Source: Verrucomicrobiia bacterium (lineage in GTDB: Bacteria; Acidobacteriota; Terriglobia; Acidiferrales; UBA7541). From it: a stretch of 64,000 nt of DNA. A program made the translations under genes and the position numbers. The stretch is from the NCBI GenBank assembly GCA_035571045.1, contig DATMKS010000096.1, positions 65,028-129,027 on the forward strand. Reading direction: 5' to 3'. This document shows, one piece after another, positions 46,840 to 57,333 of this stretch. The notes under the pieces were generated by a model. That model searched no databases. It was not told the DNA's origin and saw only the letters and a program-made list of their open reading frames with translations. Each line of letters starts with the position of its first letter. Positions within the stretch are counted from its first letter, which is position 1.

Positions 46840-48519
46840 TCAACATGCCTTCATCACCATCAAAATGCGGTCATCTTCGTAAATTCCGCCGCGCGAGTGC
46901 GTTTCCACTTCCGCCAGCACCGCACGCATGATCTCTTCAGGACTGCGTTCGCGCACTTCGATGACCAGCTCCGCCAGCCGCGTACGGCTGAACTCCGTCC
47001 CCGCGGAATCCATAGCCTCGGTGATTCCGTCCGTGCAAGCCACCAGCAAATCTCCCGCCGCGAGCGCCACCGTTCCGCACTCGAACTGAATGTCCGGCAG
47101 CAGCCCCACGATCATTCCGCCCGCTTCGAGCCATTCGACGCTCCCGTCCGCGCGGATCACCGCCGGCGGCACGTGCCCCGCGTTCACATATCGGAAGTTC
47201 CGGCCTCCGGCCTCCACCAGCGCGAGAAACATGCTCAAGTACTTGGTGGGCCGCCCTTGCGCTATAGAGGCGCGCGCGCCCATCAAAAGTTTGTGATTGA
47301 TGGTGGCAGGCAATTTTTCCAGCGTCTCGACATGATCCGCCAGCGCATGCAAAGTCGCTTGAACGTTGGCCATCACCAGCGCCGACGCCGCACCTTTACC
47401 CTCGACATCGGCAACAACCAGCAGCAGTGATTCCGCTCCATCCATCTGCACGGGAAGAAAATCGTAATAATCGCCGCCGACCATTTGCGAGGCGCGGTGC
47501 GACACAGCAATTTCGATTCCCGGAAAAACCGGCGGCGCATCCGGCAAAAGTCCCGCCTGAATTTCCCTCGCTAGCGCCAGGTCGCGTTCCATTTTTTCTT
47601 TTTCGACGCGTTCGCGGTGAAGCTGCGCTTTTTCCAGAGCCAGCGCCACGTGCGCCGAAAGCGCGTCCAGAAAAGCTTCATCCTCGTCCGTGAAACCTTC
47701 CGCCTTGTTCAGCAGTTGCAGAACACCGATGATGTCGCCGGCTTCATTCCGGATGGGCAAGCACATCAACTGCTTGGTCTTGAATCCCAGCTTGCGGTCG
47801 ATGTCCGGCTCGAAGCGAGCATCGTCGTACGCATTTTCGAGCCGCACCGCCGAACCCTCGCGCGCCACCCAGCCGGCAATGCCGCGATCCGCGGGCAAAC
47901 GAATCACCTGCTGTTCCAGCCCCAGCCCGACGAGCGACCAGATTTCGTTGCGTTCGCGATCCACCAGAAAAACCGTGCCGCGCTCCGCTCCGGACTGCCG
48001 CGTGGCAATCTGCAGAATGATGTGGATGAGTTCGCCGAGATCGAGCGTGGAGTTGAGCTTCTTGGTGGCTTCGATGATGCTGGAAAGCTCTTTCATCGCG
48101 CCGCGGCGCTCCGCCAGCGCCAAGACCACTGCCGAAAAGCGCGCCAGCAAATCCATCTGGCTGCGCACGCGGTCCTCGAGTGGCCCGGTGCCGCGCACTT
48201 CGAGAACGCGCACGCGGAAATCGTCGCTGCCCAGGGCGCCTGCCCAGATCGACGGATCTTTGCTGCTGTCGCTGGGCAATCCCGGCTTTATTCCCGCGGG
48301 AGTCGACGCGGGAAGAATTCCTGCTTCAGCCCAGACTTCCGCTTCGCCCCGGTCGGCGCGCCAAAGTCTGGCCCCAGCCACGCCGGGCTGGCCCATCGCG
48401 GCGCGCACCACACGATTGGCAATCTCGTTCGCGGGAAAACGGCCTTCGAGCAGCCGCAGCCCATCGAGCAGTTCAGGGAAAAGTTCGTTCACCCTCTGAC
48501 GAACCGGCGATTCACTCAT
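46840..48519 (-). CDS. GAF-domain SpoIIE/RsbU-type PP2C phosphatase
   Basis: GAF domain (GIAGWV...IGVLQLLNK); GGDYYD, ADVEGKG, NAGH, TDGITEA, DD. Confidence 0.92.
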   Translation of the reverse strand: MSESPVRQRVNELFPELLDGLRLLEGRFPANEIANRVVRAAMGQPGVAGARLWRADRGEAEVWAEAGILPASTPAGIKPGLPSDSSKDPSIWAGALGSDDFRVRVLEVRGTGPLEDRVRSQMDLLARFSAVVLALAERRGAMKELSSIIEATKKLNSTLDLGELIHIILQIATRQSGAERGTVFLVDRERNEIWSLVGLGLEQQVIRLPADRGIAGWVAREGSAVRLENAYDDARFEPDIDRKLGFKTKQLMCLPIRNEAGDIIGVLQLLNKAEGFTDEDEAFLDALSAHVALALEKAQLHRERVEKEKMERDLALAREIQAGLLPDAPPVFPGIEIAVSHRASQMVGGDYYDFLPVQMDGAESLLLVVADVEGKGAASALVMANVQATLHALADHVETLEKLPATINHKLLMGARASIAQGRPTKYLSMFLALVEAGGRNFRYVNAGHVPPAVIRADGSVEWLEAGGMIVGLLPDIQFECGTVALAAGDLLVACTDGITEAMDSAGTEFSRTRLAELVIEVRERSPEEIMRAVLAEVETHSRGGIYEDDRILMVMKAC

Positions 48520-48740
48520 AGCGTGCAAGGCGGAAAAACAGCCGCCGTGTTGGGGGTAAGCCTAGCAGGAGTGCCGTGGGTTGAAAAGAGCAGGTTCGCC
48601 ACATGATGGACGAAAATCCCAAGAGTGTGGCGCCCTTCTGCGAGACCTTCGCGCCTGGTGAACTGTGATTGGTGAAGCCAATCGCGAGCGGCTAGCCGCA
48701 AGGAGAAGGCATTGCAATTCGTGCGCGCGCTCTCTCCGAT

Positions 48741-49466
48741 TTAAGGCGAATGCACGGCGTGCTGGCGGGATTCCCATTCCGTGCTCAAGCGGCGCACCGA
48801 TTCGCGCAAACGAACCGCCAGCGCGGCGATGGTTTCAAGGCGCTGCGGTGCGCCTTGCGGCAAGCGGCCGTCGCTTTTCCGCCGTATTTCGGAGAGCAGC
48901 AGCTCGGCGTTGCCCAAGATGCCGGTGAGGGGATTGTTCAATTCGTGGCGCAACACCTCGCCAAAATCTTCGCGCTCCAGGTCACACCATGCGTCTTGTC
49001 GCTGGGCTTCCGACGATTCCGCCAGAGCGGGCGCGGCCAGGGCATCGCTCTGGGCCTTGCGCAGGCGCCGCTCGACAAGACCGAGCGCCACCGTCAAGCA
49101 CCCTCCTGTGCGCACCACGTAATCCGCGGCGCCGGCGGCCACCAGGCCAGAGAACTCCGTCTGGTGCTCGGCTTCTCCGATCACCACGACCGGCGCATAG
49201 GTGGCCAGTGAGGAAACGGCGACATCCAAGCGCTCCGCGCGAGGCTGAAGCACGCCGACTTCCGGCCTCTCCGCTGCCTCCGTGAGCAAAATCACGGCAG
49301 GCGCCGCATCCAAGACGATGCGCCGCGCTGCGTCCACGGTGCTCACCGAAGAGACATGCCGGCGCTCATCAATGGTTTCGAGTTCGCGGCGCGCCGTGGC
49401 GCGCAGCGCCGCGTCGTCGCTTACAAGCAAGACCGTATATTCACGAGGTGTCATGTCATTACCCAT
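48741..49466 (-). CDS. Degenerate receiver + HisKA phospho-acceptor protein lacking the ATPase domain
   Basis: REC-like N-terminus (GAADYV); LRHELNNPLTGILG; protein ends about 55 aa later. Confidence 0.82.
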   Translation of the reverse strand: MGNDMTPREYTVLLVSDDAALRATARRELETIDERRHVSSVSTVDAARRIVLDAAPAVILLTEAAERPEVGVLQPRAERLDVAVSSLATYAPVVVIGEAEHQTEFSGLVAAGAADYVVRTGGCLTVALGLVERRLRKAQSDALAAPALAESSEAQRQDAWCDLEREDFGEVLRHELNNPLTGILGNAELLLSEIRRKSDGRLPQGAPQRLETIAALAVRLRESVRRLSTEWESRQHAVHSP

Positions 49467-49501
49467 ATCTTAATGTCCCTAATGCGTTTGACTCGATCGG
49501 C

Positions 49502-52500
49502 TCAATGCGCTTTCTTGGCAGCCGCAGCGCGCCCTCCGCGCGCGAGTTGGCTGTCCAGAAGGCTGAATACTTTTTCGGTCAGTTCCTCGACGCGGAAAGG
49601 CTTGGCCACATGGGGCAGCCGGTTTCGTTCCAAAAAATCCTGTGTTTGCTGGGCAATCACGTCGCCGGTCACGAACAGGAACCTTTCCTGAAGTGGATTC
49701 CCCGCGCGCGCCAGCGACTGGTAGAAATGCTGGCCGTCCAGCCCGGGCATTTTCATATCGCAAATCACAAGGTCGAAAGGCTCGCGCCCGGCGCGATCGA
49801 GCGCTTCGCGTCCGTCGAGCAGCACATCGACGTGCAGTCCTTCGTCCTCCAGAACATCGGCGATCAGCCGCGCCACGGTGGGCTCGTCTTCGACAACCAG
49901 TACGCGCGTGCCGCGGAGATCGGACCGCGGCACGGGCTGCCGCAGAACATGTGGCAAAGGCTGCGGACGACTCCTGCGGCCGGCTGGCTCCTGGTGGACC
50001 GGCGGAGCTTGCTCGTTTGGATCGAGGAAGCGCCGACCGGGCTCGGAGGAGGATTCGGCTTCCACGGGGAGCTCGACGGTGAAGGCGGAGCCACCATCGG
50101 GAGGGCTCGACACGCTCACTTGGCCGCCGTGCTCGCGCACGACGCTAAGCACGATGGCGAGTCCGAGACCAGTTCCCACGCCCGCGGGTTTGGTAGTGAA
50201 GAAGGGATCGAAAATGCGCGCGAGAATCGCTTGAGGAATTCCTGGACCGTCGTCGATAACCTGGAGAACCATCCGGCGGTCTCCGTTGCGCGCCGTCCGC
50301 AACCGGATGGTTCCCGCTCTTCCTGCTTGCACGATAGCCTGACGGGCATTTCCGATTAGATTCATCAGTACTTGCTGCAACTGGCCGGAGTCTCCGGTAA
50401 CAAAAGGAAGGGTGTCGTCGAGGTCCAGCTCGATGCGAATTTTTTCCGAGGCCGATCCGAAGCGCTGCAAATCCAAGGCGCGTTGCACGACTTGATTGAG
50501 AGCGACGCGCTTGCGTTCCGGCCGGGCCTCCCTGGCGCTTAGCAAGAGCTGGCGCAGGATGGTGCTGGCTCTCTCGGCTTCCTCATAAATCTGGCGCGCT
50601 TCCTCGCTGCTGCCAGCGGGATCTTTCCGCAGCAGAAGCCTCTGGGAGTAACCCAGAATGCTGGTCAGGGGGTTGCTCAATTCGTGCGCGATGCCGGTGA
50701 CCATTTGCCCCAGCGCCGCGAGTTTTTCCGTTTGCAGGAGCTTGGCTTGAAAGACTCGCTGGGCGGTGAGGTCGCGGTAAATCTCGACGCGTCCGAGACG
50801 GCGTCCAGCCTCGTCGAGAACCGGGCGCACCGAGCGCTCGAGGACACGAGGCACTGGCCGCGCCAGCTGCAGCTCCTCTCGGCTGCCGCCCTCGGCGCCG
50901 CGGGCCAGTTCGCGCCAGCGTCTGGCAAAATTTTCCGGCTCGGCGGCGCGCTCCGCAAGGTGGCCGATGAGGTTTTCCAGCGTGGTGCTGGCGGCGGCTT
51001 CCTGGGGAGAGAGGCCGGCGATTTGCGCGAAGCGTGTGTTCATCGCGCGAATGCTGTGATTGGCCCCAAAAAGCAGAATCCCTTCTTCAACCCACTCGAG
51101 CACATGATGCAGCTCCGCCGCAGAGCGGCTGCGCTGCTGGACGGCTTCGTCGGCTGCCGCCGGAGAGAACACTACCGCAGCGAGATCGTCCCCCGCGAAT
51201 ACCGGAGCGTGGAGACGCACCCGGATGCCATTGCCGAGTTCTACTTCGCAGAGCTCCGGAACCTCGATGGAACTTTCCCGTTCGCCTGCGAGAGCCCGGC
51301 TCGACCATTCTTCGATGCGCGGCTGTTCCCGCGCGCAAAACAGGTAAGCGAAACGTCCGCTGAGCGCCCAGACGGAATCCTTAGGGAATGCTTGCGGAGT
51401 TTGCTCTCGCGTGGATTCCGGCGTTCGCTCGCTGCGGGTTTCCTCGAGCAAAATCCTAGCGCTGCGGTTCATGCTCGCGATGTTTCCCCGCGCATCGAGC
51501 AGGACGGTCGGCTCCGGGCTGAATTCCAGAAGCGCGTGGCGCCGCGCGCTGCGGCGATTCTGTTCCGCGCGCTGCCTCCGGCGTTCGAGCACACAGAGGG
51601 CCAGCGAGGCACGAAGTTCGAGCCGCTCGAGCGTACCTAGCAAGGAAGTTTTCTGCGAGACGCCGGCGACAAGAACGCCCCGTGTTTCGGCGGCGGACAG
51701 GAGCGGAATGGCCACCAGCCGCGCCAATCCATCTTTGGACCAGGACGCGGGAGGCTCGGCTCCCTGGACTTGCCGCGTTTCGATAGCCGCACGCCACAGG
51801 CTGGCGAGAGGTTCCCGCTCGAGCGCGCCAGTACAAACCGGATCTCCACTTTCCCAGGCAAACTCCATCGCTGTGGCTTCTGCGGTGCCCGGAGCTTTCG
51901 CAGGAAAATGTCCCAGCACCGCGAAGGTAGCGCCCGGTCCGAAGGCGGCGGCGGAATCTTCCGTGCAGCTTGCGACGAGCTTGGACAGGAGTGTGTCTGC
52001 GGAGGCAGCGCCGCTCAGGTCGCCGAGAATTTGCTTGTTGAGCCGCACGTCCGCCTGGCGTTCCCGGGCAAGACGCTGTTCCTGCTCCAACTCCAGCGCC
52101 AGGGCAAGCTCCGCAGCTACCGATTCCACCAAATCGCGAGGCATGGACGGCAGTTTTCTGCGCGACCCTGTGAGAAGCACGCCGTGGAGATGACCTTTCC
52201 CTTCGATGGGAGTCCAAAGCGCGCGGCGCAAACCGACCAAGGGACCAATCATCGGCAGATCCTGGGAAACGTCGAGTTCCTGGTCGACGCTTTTGCCGGA
52301 GGCCAGCAGTTCCTGCGGCAGAGGAGGTTCGAGCGACAGCTTCTCCCATTCCTCGGGCGTGTCCTCTCCTTGGGCTTCCCAGATCTTCCCGCGAAGACAG
52401 ACCGCTGCATGTCCATTAGCGCCAGCGGGCGAATCTTGTTCGAGCCAGACGCCGACGCGATCGGCGCCGCCATCCCGGGAGAGAACATGAATCGCTTCGA

Positions 52501-52594
52501 GCATAATCTCGGCGCGGGGTGCACCGGCAAGTCCGGCCCGTGCCGGTCCTTGCCACGAGCGTTCTTCGTCTTGTCTTTTACGCCAGGCCCACAT
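49502..52594 (-). CDS. Hybrid sensor histidine kinase (GAF/PAS-HisKA-HATPase-REC)
   Basis: AHELSNPL, NARQA, DDGPGI, FFTTK..G.GTGLGL, ICDMKMPG, KPF. Confidence 0.92.
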   Translation of the reverse strand: MWAWRKRQDEERSWQGPARAGLAGAPRAEIMLEAIHVLSRDGGADRVGVWLEQDSPAGANGHAAVCLRGKIWEAQGEDTPEEWEKLSLEPPLPQELLASGKSVDQELDVSQDLPMIGPLVGLRRALWTPIEGKGHLHGVLLTGSRRKLPSMPRDLVESVAAELALALELEQEQRLARERQADVRLNKQILGDLSGAASADTLLSKLVASCTEDSAAAFGPGATFAVLGHFPAKAPGTAEATAMEFAWESGDPVCTGALEREPLASLWRAAIETRQVQGAEPPASWSKDGLARLVAIPLLSAAETRGVLVAGVSQKTSLLGTLERLELRASLALCVLERRRQRAEQNRRSARRHALLEFSPEPTVLLDARGNIASMNRSARILLEETRSERTPESTREQTPQAFPKDSVWALSGRFAYLFCAREQPRIEEWSSRALAGERESSIEVPELCEVELGNGIRVRLHAPVFAGDDLAAVVFSPAAADEAVQQRSRSAAELHHVLEWVEEGILLFGANHSIRAMNTRFAQIAGLSPQEAAASTTLENLIGHLAERAAEPENFARRWRELARGAEGGSREELQLARPVPRVLERSVRPVLDEAGRRLGRVEIYRDLTAQRVFQAKLLQTEKLAALGQMVTGIAHELSNPLTSILGYSQRLLLRKDPAGSSEEARQIYEEAERASTILRQLLLSAREARPERKRVALNQVVQRALDLQRFGSASEKIRIELDLDDTLPFVTGDSGQLQQVLMNLIGNARQAIVQAGRAGTIRLRTARNGDRRMVLQVIDDGPGIPQAILARIFDPFFTTKPAGVGTGLGLAIVLSVVREHGGQVSVSSPPDGGSAFTVELPVEAESSSEPGRRFLDPNEQAPPVHQEPAGRRSRPQPLPHVLRQPVPRSDLRGTRVLVVEDEPTVARLIADVLEDEGLHVDVLLDGREALDRAGREPFDLVICDMKMPGLDGQHFYQSLARAGNPLQERFLFVTGDVIAQQTQDFLERNRLPHVAKPFRVEELTEKVFSLLDSQLARGGRAAAAKKAH

Positions 52595-52677
52595 CGGTTG
52601 CCCACCTCAAGTCTCTTTCCGCTGGGCGGATAAACGCGACATGCCGCCAGAAGTTTGCTCCTACCCAGAAGAGATAT

Positions 52678-52733
52678 ATGCACTGGTAGGCCCAACCAGG
52701 AGATTGTGCAATAGCTTTTGAATCAGCAATTTA
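52678..52733 (-). promoter_or_regulatory. Weak sigma-54 -24/-12 candidate plus IHF-like site upstream of the kinase
   Basis: TTGG-GCCTACCAGT-GCAT (GG-N10-GC); AATCAGCAATTTA at 52721-52733. Confidence 0.4.
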
Positions 52734-52977
52734 CAAGGCAAGAGAGAGAGGCGTGGCAAGGGCGGGAGTCCCATGCCGAGACTGGCGCACTGCTCCTTCC
52801 CAGAGTGGACCGGGAATCAAGTTCTAGGGCAGAGGTTTGTTGGCCGATCAAAGCAGTGCTAGGCCGCAAAGGAAGGTTGTCTCGAGGCGTATAGAGGCGG
52901 GCTGTGCGAGAAACATGCGGTGGTTTTGTTCTTGAGAAATCGAGCGAAGGAAAGTGGTGCGGCAGGGTTCGGCGCTT

Positions 52978-54366
52978 TTACGGCTCGGCTTGTTCCACCT
53001 GATATTGCTTAAGTTTTCGGTACAGCGTGGTTTTTCCGATGCCCAGCATGCGCGCGGCGGCCAGCTTGTCGCCGCCCGTTTCGCGGAGCGTGCGGAGAAT
53101 GGCGCGACGCTCGAGTTCCTCCATGGGCAGCAACTCGTCTTTGTCGGGAACGCGCTCGCTGCTCGGATAGTGCAAGTTCGAGGGCAGATCTCCTACGTGA
53201 ACGATGGGACCGGAGCCCATGGCCACGGCGCGTTCGATGGCGTTTTCCAGCTCGCGGACATTGCCGGGCCAGTCGTAGGCGATCAAGCGGCGCATGGCGT
53301 CGTCGGAAATGGTGCGCGTAGGGCCGTGCGGATCTGAAAATTTTTCGAGGAAAGAAATAACCATGAGCTGAATATCGCTTTTACGCTCGCGCAGCGGCGG
53401 GAGCTTGATCTGCACAACGTTCAGGCGGAAGTAAAGATCCTGGCGGAAGCTGCCGGTGCGGATGGCGGACTCCAGATCGCGGTTCGTGGCGGCGATGATG
53501 CGGATATTGATGTGGCGGCGCTCTGTTGAGCCGACCGGTTTTACTTCGCGCTCCTGCAAGGCACGCAAGAGCTTGGCTTGCAAGTCCACGGGCATGTCTC
53601 CGATTTCGTCGAGAAAGAGCGTGCCACCCTGGGCCGCTTCGAGAAGGCCTTGCTTCGATTGCATGGCGCCGGTGAAGGCGCCCTTCACGTAGCCGAAGAG
53701 CTCGGATTCGATGAGCGTGGGCACCAGAGAAGAACAGTCCACGGGGGCGAAGGGGCGCTCCTTGCGGATTCCAGAGTAGTGAATGCTCTTGGCCACCAGC
53801 TCCTTGCCCGTGCCGCTCTCACCCAAAATCAGGACGGGATACTCGTGCTGGCTGACCTTTTCAATCATTTTGTAGACGCGCTGCATCTTCGCGGAAACGC
53901 CGATCATTCCGCCGAAGCCTGGCTTCGACCGCAGCTGCTCGCGCAAGACGCGGTTTTCGCGGTCCAGGTCCATGTCGCGGGCCACGCGCTCCAGACGCGC
54001 GCGAAGATCGTCAATGTGAAAAGGTTTCGTGACGTAATCGACCGCGCCCATGCGCGTGGCAGCCACCGCGGAGTCGATGGTCCCATACTGCGTGAGGACC
54101 AGGACGGCAACCTGCGGATACATTTCGTGAACCTGTTTCAGTAGATCGAGCCCGCTCGAGGGAGGCAAGATCAGGTCCGTGACAATGATATCGACAGAGT
54201 GGGTTTCCAGACGGCGCAGCGCTTCTTCCACAGTGCTCGCGACGACGGCTTTCATGCCGCACGACTCCGCCACGTCCGCGCAGAGTTTCCGCGTGCTCTC
54301 TTCGTCTTCCACGACGAGGACGCTGATGGGAATGGTGGCGCGTTGTAATCCGGCTTCTTCTATCAT
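52978..54366 (-). CDS. Sigma-54-dependent NtrC-family response regulator
   Basis: REC domain; GESGTGKE, GAFTGA, LFLDEIG, FRQDLYFRL, WPGNVREL; Fis-type HTH. Confidence 0.95.
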   Translation of the reverse strand: MIEEAGLQRATIPISVLVVEDEESTRKLCADVAESCGMKAVVASTVEEALRRLETHSVDIIVTDLILPPSSGLDLLKQVHEMYPQVAVLVLTQYGTIDSAVAATRMGAVDYVTKPFHIDDLRARLERVARDMDLDRENRVLREQLRSKPGFGGMIGVSAKMQRVYKMIEKVSQHEYPVLILGESGTGKELVAKSIHYSGIRKERPFAPVDCSSLVPTLIESELFGYVKGAFTGAMQSKQGLLEAAQGGTLFLDEIGDMPVDLQAKLLRALQEREVKPVGSTERRHINIRIIAATNRDLESAIRTGSFRQDLYFRLNVVQIKLPPLRERKSDIQLMVISFLEKFSDPHGPTRTISDDAMRRLIAYDWPGNVRELENAIERAVAMGSGPIVHVGDLPSNLHYPSSERVPDKDELLPMEELERRAILRTLRETGGDKLAAARMLGIGKTTLYRKLKQYQVEQAEP

Positions 54367-54402
54367 TGGCTTTACCTCGAGAGACTATTGAGCGAGTTTC
54401 AA

Positions 54403-54420
54403 TTGCAAACTCAGTACCAA
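54403..54420 (-). promoter_or_regulatory. Sigma-54 promoter of the NtrC-family gene
   Basis: TTGGTACTGAGTTTGCAA matches TGGYAC-N5-TTGCW. Confidence 0.75.
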
Positions 54421-54737
54421 ATGCGGAAAAGAAGCGTGGATGATTCATAACTAAGGCTATTAGCTATTTTACCATTTTTTCTCTCGTTCGGATTCGGGAA
54501 TCTCGCGGCAGCTGATTTTTCAAGAAGGGGAGCCTGGATAATTCCTAAGTTATTTTTTTTCAGCTATTTACCAAATCGGAATGCTGCGAGCTTCCATTCC
54601 GGGAACGGAAACCGCCGTTTAGCTGCGTCTTGAGTGCAGACCGCCCGCAGAGTCATCAAGAGAGTTTTCCGATCGTCCCGTCACCGGCACAGGAATCGCG
54701 GCCGCAACGCGCGGACCGCTGCTACTGCACCAAGTAG

Positions 54738-54784
54738 AAAACGAAACGGGCTCTCCTGGAAGTTTCCTAGGAGAGCCCGTTTCG
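54738..54784 (-). terminator. Rho-independent terminator after the OmpA-family gene
   Basis: 16-bp stem CGAAACGGGCTCTCCT/AGGAGAGCCCGTTTCG, followed by TTTT on the minus strand. Confidence 0.85.
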
Positions 54785-54876
54785 CTGTGCTGTTTTGCAC
54801 ACCGCCAATGGCGGCCGAGTCAAGTTTTTTGAGCGAGCGTGCGTTTCACCTGTAGGTGGTTTCGCGCGCCTGCCTG

Positions 54877-56766
54877 TTACGGTTTGGGGGCCGGCTTCTT
54901 GGCCGCGGGGGCTTTCGCCGCTGTGCCGCCTCCCCTGCTGAGCAGCGTCAAGGAATCTTTGGCGTTGAACGGGAAGCGCCGCACGGACTGCTCGCCCGTG
55001 GTGCTGAGGGTGACGTCCACGCGCCGGTTGTTGGCCAAGCGAATGGTCAGCAGGTTCTTCATGAACTGCTGCTTTTCCGCCGGAGTCAAGTCCGGATCGT
55101 CTTCGAGAAGTTTTTTGACCTCGGCATCGGTCATGTTCTGTTCTACGCCATAGGCCTTGGTATCGATGTGATCGGCGGGAACACCCTTTTCAATCAAGTA
55201 GCTCTTGGCGCGTTCCACACGGCGCTCGGAGAGAAGCTGGTTGTACTCCTTGCCTCCGCGGATGTCGGCATGGCCGCCCAGAATCAAATGGGCGTCCGGT
55301 TTGTAGGTCAGATACTGCTTGAAGTCGGCTGCCAGCGTGTCGAGAGTAACCTCCTGGCTGGGCATCAGACCGCCCGTGGGCTTTGCGACCGTGGGCTGTG
55401 CCGTCGGAAAGTAGATGCTGTGCAAAGCCAGCTTCACTTCCAACTGATGAACCTGCGGAGGTTCCTTGACTTCGACGTTGCCGGAGGCCTCGGCGGTGCC
55501 GCCGCGTCCGTCGTTCACCGTACACTTCACGGTGTAGGTTCCGGGTTGCAGACCCGTGGCATCGAACGTCGCATTCGCGCCCGTGCCGGTAATTTGGCCA
55601 CCTGAAGCGGAGTAGCTGTAGGTCAGCGGATCGCCATCCGGGTCGGTGCCAGTGCAGGTGATCCCGGTGTGCTCGCCCGACAAAATGGGGCTGCGTTCGA
55701 CCGACAAGGAAGCTGTCGGAGGACGATTCGGCCGCGGGTCAACTTTAATATCGGTAGCGCAAGACGCCGTGCCGCCTCTGCCGTCGTTCACTGCGGCAGT
55801 CACGGTGTAGCTGCCAGGAACTGCGTCGCCCACGTTCCAGCGCGCGTCGGGACCAGACCCATCGACTGTTCCGCCGGTCGCCGTGTAACTGTAAGTGAGC
55901 GGATCGTTGTCGGGATCGCTGGCGTTCACGTGGACCGCCACGGTGTCTCCCGAACCGGCAGAAACAGAGGTGGGACTGGCGGAACATGCCGCTACTGGCG
56001 GGTGATTGACGGGCGCCGGAGGCGCTTCGTGCGGCAAACCAAAGCGAATAACGATGCCCGACGCCAGGCGGAGGTTATCCTGCCTGGAGTTCCCACCAAG
56101 CGCGGAGCCCGAAAAGCTGGTCATCAAGTAGTCGATTTCCGCGAAGCGCCACACGATGTACTTCGACAACGCGATATCCACGCCGCCGCCGGCCGCCAGT
56201 GCGAAAGCACTCTGGTTGCCGTCGCCTGTCATCTGCGGACCGCCATGAACTCCGCCGAGCAGGAATTCGGCGAAGGGGACGAAGTAATCAAATTTACGCA
56301 AGTTCAAACGGGGACCGAGCAAAAAGGTGGTGGTCTCGCCGTGCAACGAGGTGCCGTTGACGTCGCGGGTGTAGCCGATACCGCCGATCTCTTCCGTCAG
56401 ACCGATCCATCGCGACGGGTTCCAGGTGAACGCACCGGATGCGCCGTAATTGTTAAAATTGGCGAAGCCTCCGCCCGGACTGAAATTCACGTAGTCGAAC
56501 ATCCCCGTAGCTTCGAACTTGGGCACAATTCTGCCGGGAAGCGTGTCGTCGCTGGATGCGTCGCCGGCCGGGAAGGGTTTTGGGCGCGGTGCGTCCGGAA
56601 GCGCGAAAAGATTTCGCGAGGCAGGGGTTATGTCCATCCCACCCGTTTTCGCGGGGCTCTTTTCCCCCGCCGCTGCCGTAGCACTCGCGCCATCGCCATT
56701 CTGCTGGGCACATACCGGCAAAGCTAATAGGGCGCTAACCGTTACTGCCACACACCAATTGCGCAT
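54877..56766 (-). CDS. OmpA-family outer-membrane protein (beta-barrel + two PKD/Ig domains + OmpA C-terminal domain)
   Basis: Signal peptide; barrel strands; two DPDxDPLTYSY...DGRGGTA repeats; GHADIRG..YN..LSERR; NRRV. Confidence 0.92.
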   Translation of the reverse strand: MRNWCVAVTVSALLALPVCAQQNGDGASATAAAGEKSPAKTGGMDITPASRNLFALPDAPRPKPFPAGDASSDDTLPGRIVPKFEATGMFDYVNFSPGGGFANFNNYGASGAFTWNPSRWIGLTEEIGGIGYTRDVNGTSLHGETTTFLLGPRLNLRKFDYFVPFAEFLLGGVHGGPQMTGDGNQSAFALAAGGGVDIALSKYIVWRFAEIDYLMTSFSGSALGGNSRQDNLRLASGIVIRFGLPHEAPPAPVNHPPVAACSASPTSVSAGSGDTVAVHVNASDPDNDPLTYSYTATGGTVDGSGPDARWNVGDAVPGSYTVTAAVNDGRGGTASCATDIKVDPRPNRPPTASLSVERSPILSGEHTGITCTGTDPDGDPLTYSYSASGGQITGTGANATFDATGLQPGTYTVKCTVNDGRGGTAEASGNVEVKEPPQVHQLEVKLALHSIYFPTAQPTVAKPTGGLMPSQEVTLDTLAADFKQYLTYKPDAHLILGGHADIRGGKEYNQLLSERRVERAKSYLIEKGVPADHIDTKAYGVEQNMTDAEVKKLLEDDPDLTPAEKQQFMKNLLTIRLANNRRVDVTLSTTGEQSVRRFPFNAKDSLTLLSRGGGTAAKAPAAKKPAPKP

Positions 56767-57333
56767 GATCCGTCTCCCTCAGTTGTCTGTTTCGGAACCC
56801 AAGTCGCTTTTGTCCCCGCGCGGCGCTGTCTGTGGCGCAGCCACAAACTCTTAAGGACTCATCGCGGCAAACTAACTGTCCATAGTTGCCACACCGCCGA
56901 AACCTTCCCCCACTTTTCCCAGGCACCGGGAGAAAACACAAGAAGTCACAGGACGCGGTGCTGTAAGCGTATTCTAGGTTTCCCCGAATCTGCAAGCCTT
57001 TCCTTCCAGAAATCGTACAGTTCTGTGGAGTCCTCCTGTCTCTCTCTTACGCGGAGCAGTGAACTCATCCGGGCTTGCGTACGCGTAATCAATCACGAAG
57101 GGCCGCCATGCGGCCGACGTATAGCCTGAAGTTCGGCGTACGACAAGTACCTAGTGGGTTATCGAACAATGTGATAGGCTGCCGCAACTTACTGTGGTGG
57201 AGCTGCCTTTGACGGAGCATGCGAACCGGTGACGCTCCGTCTTAAGGCGTGGCGCTGTTTGTCTGGCCCCGTGTCCCGCGGCCCGAAGCGCGACCAACAG
57301 AAGATTCGTAATCGTCTGCGCGTGGGTCGGAAC

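Noticed and set aside
57229-57333. Upstream GTG start for the large secreted protein
   Set aside because: ATG 57334 gives a canonical signal peptide (MKKNYV...).
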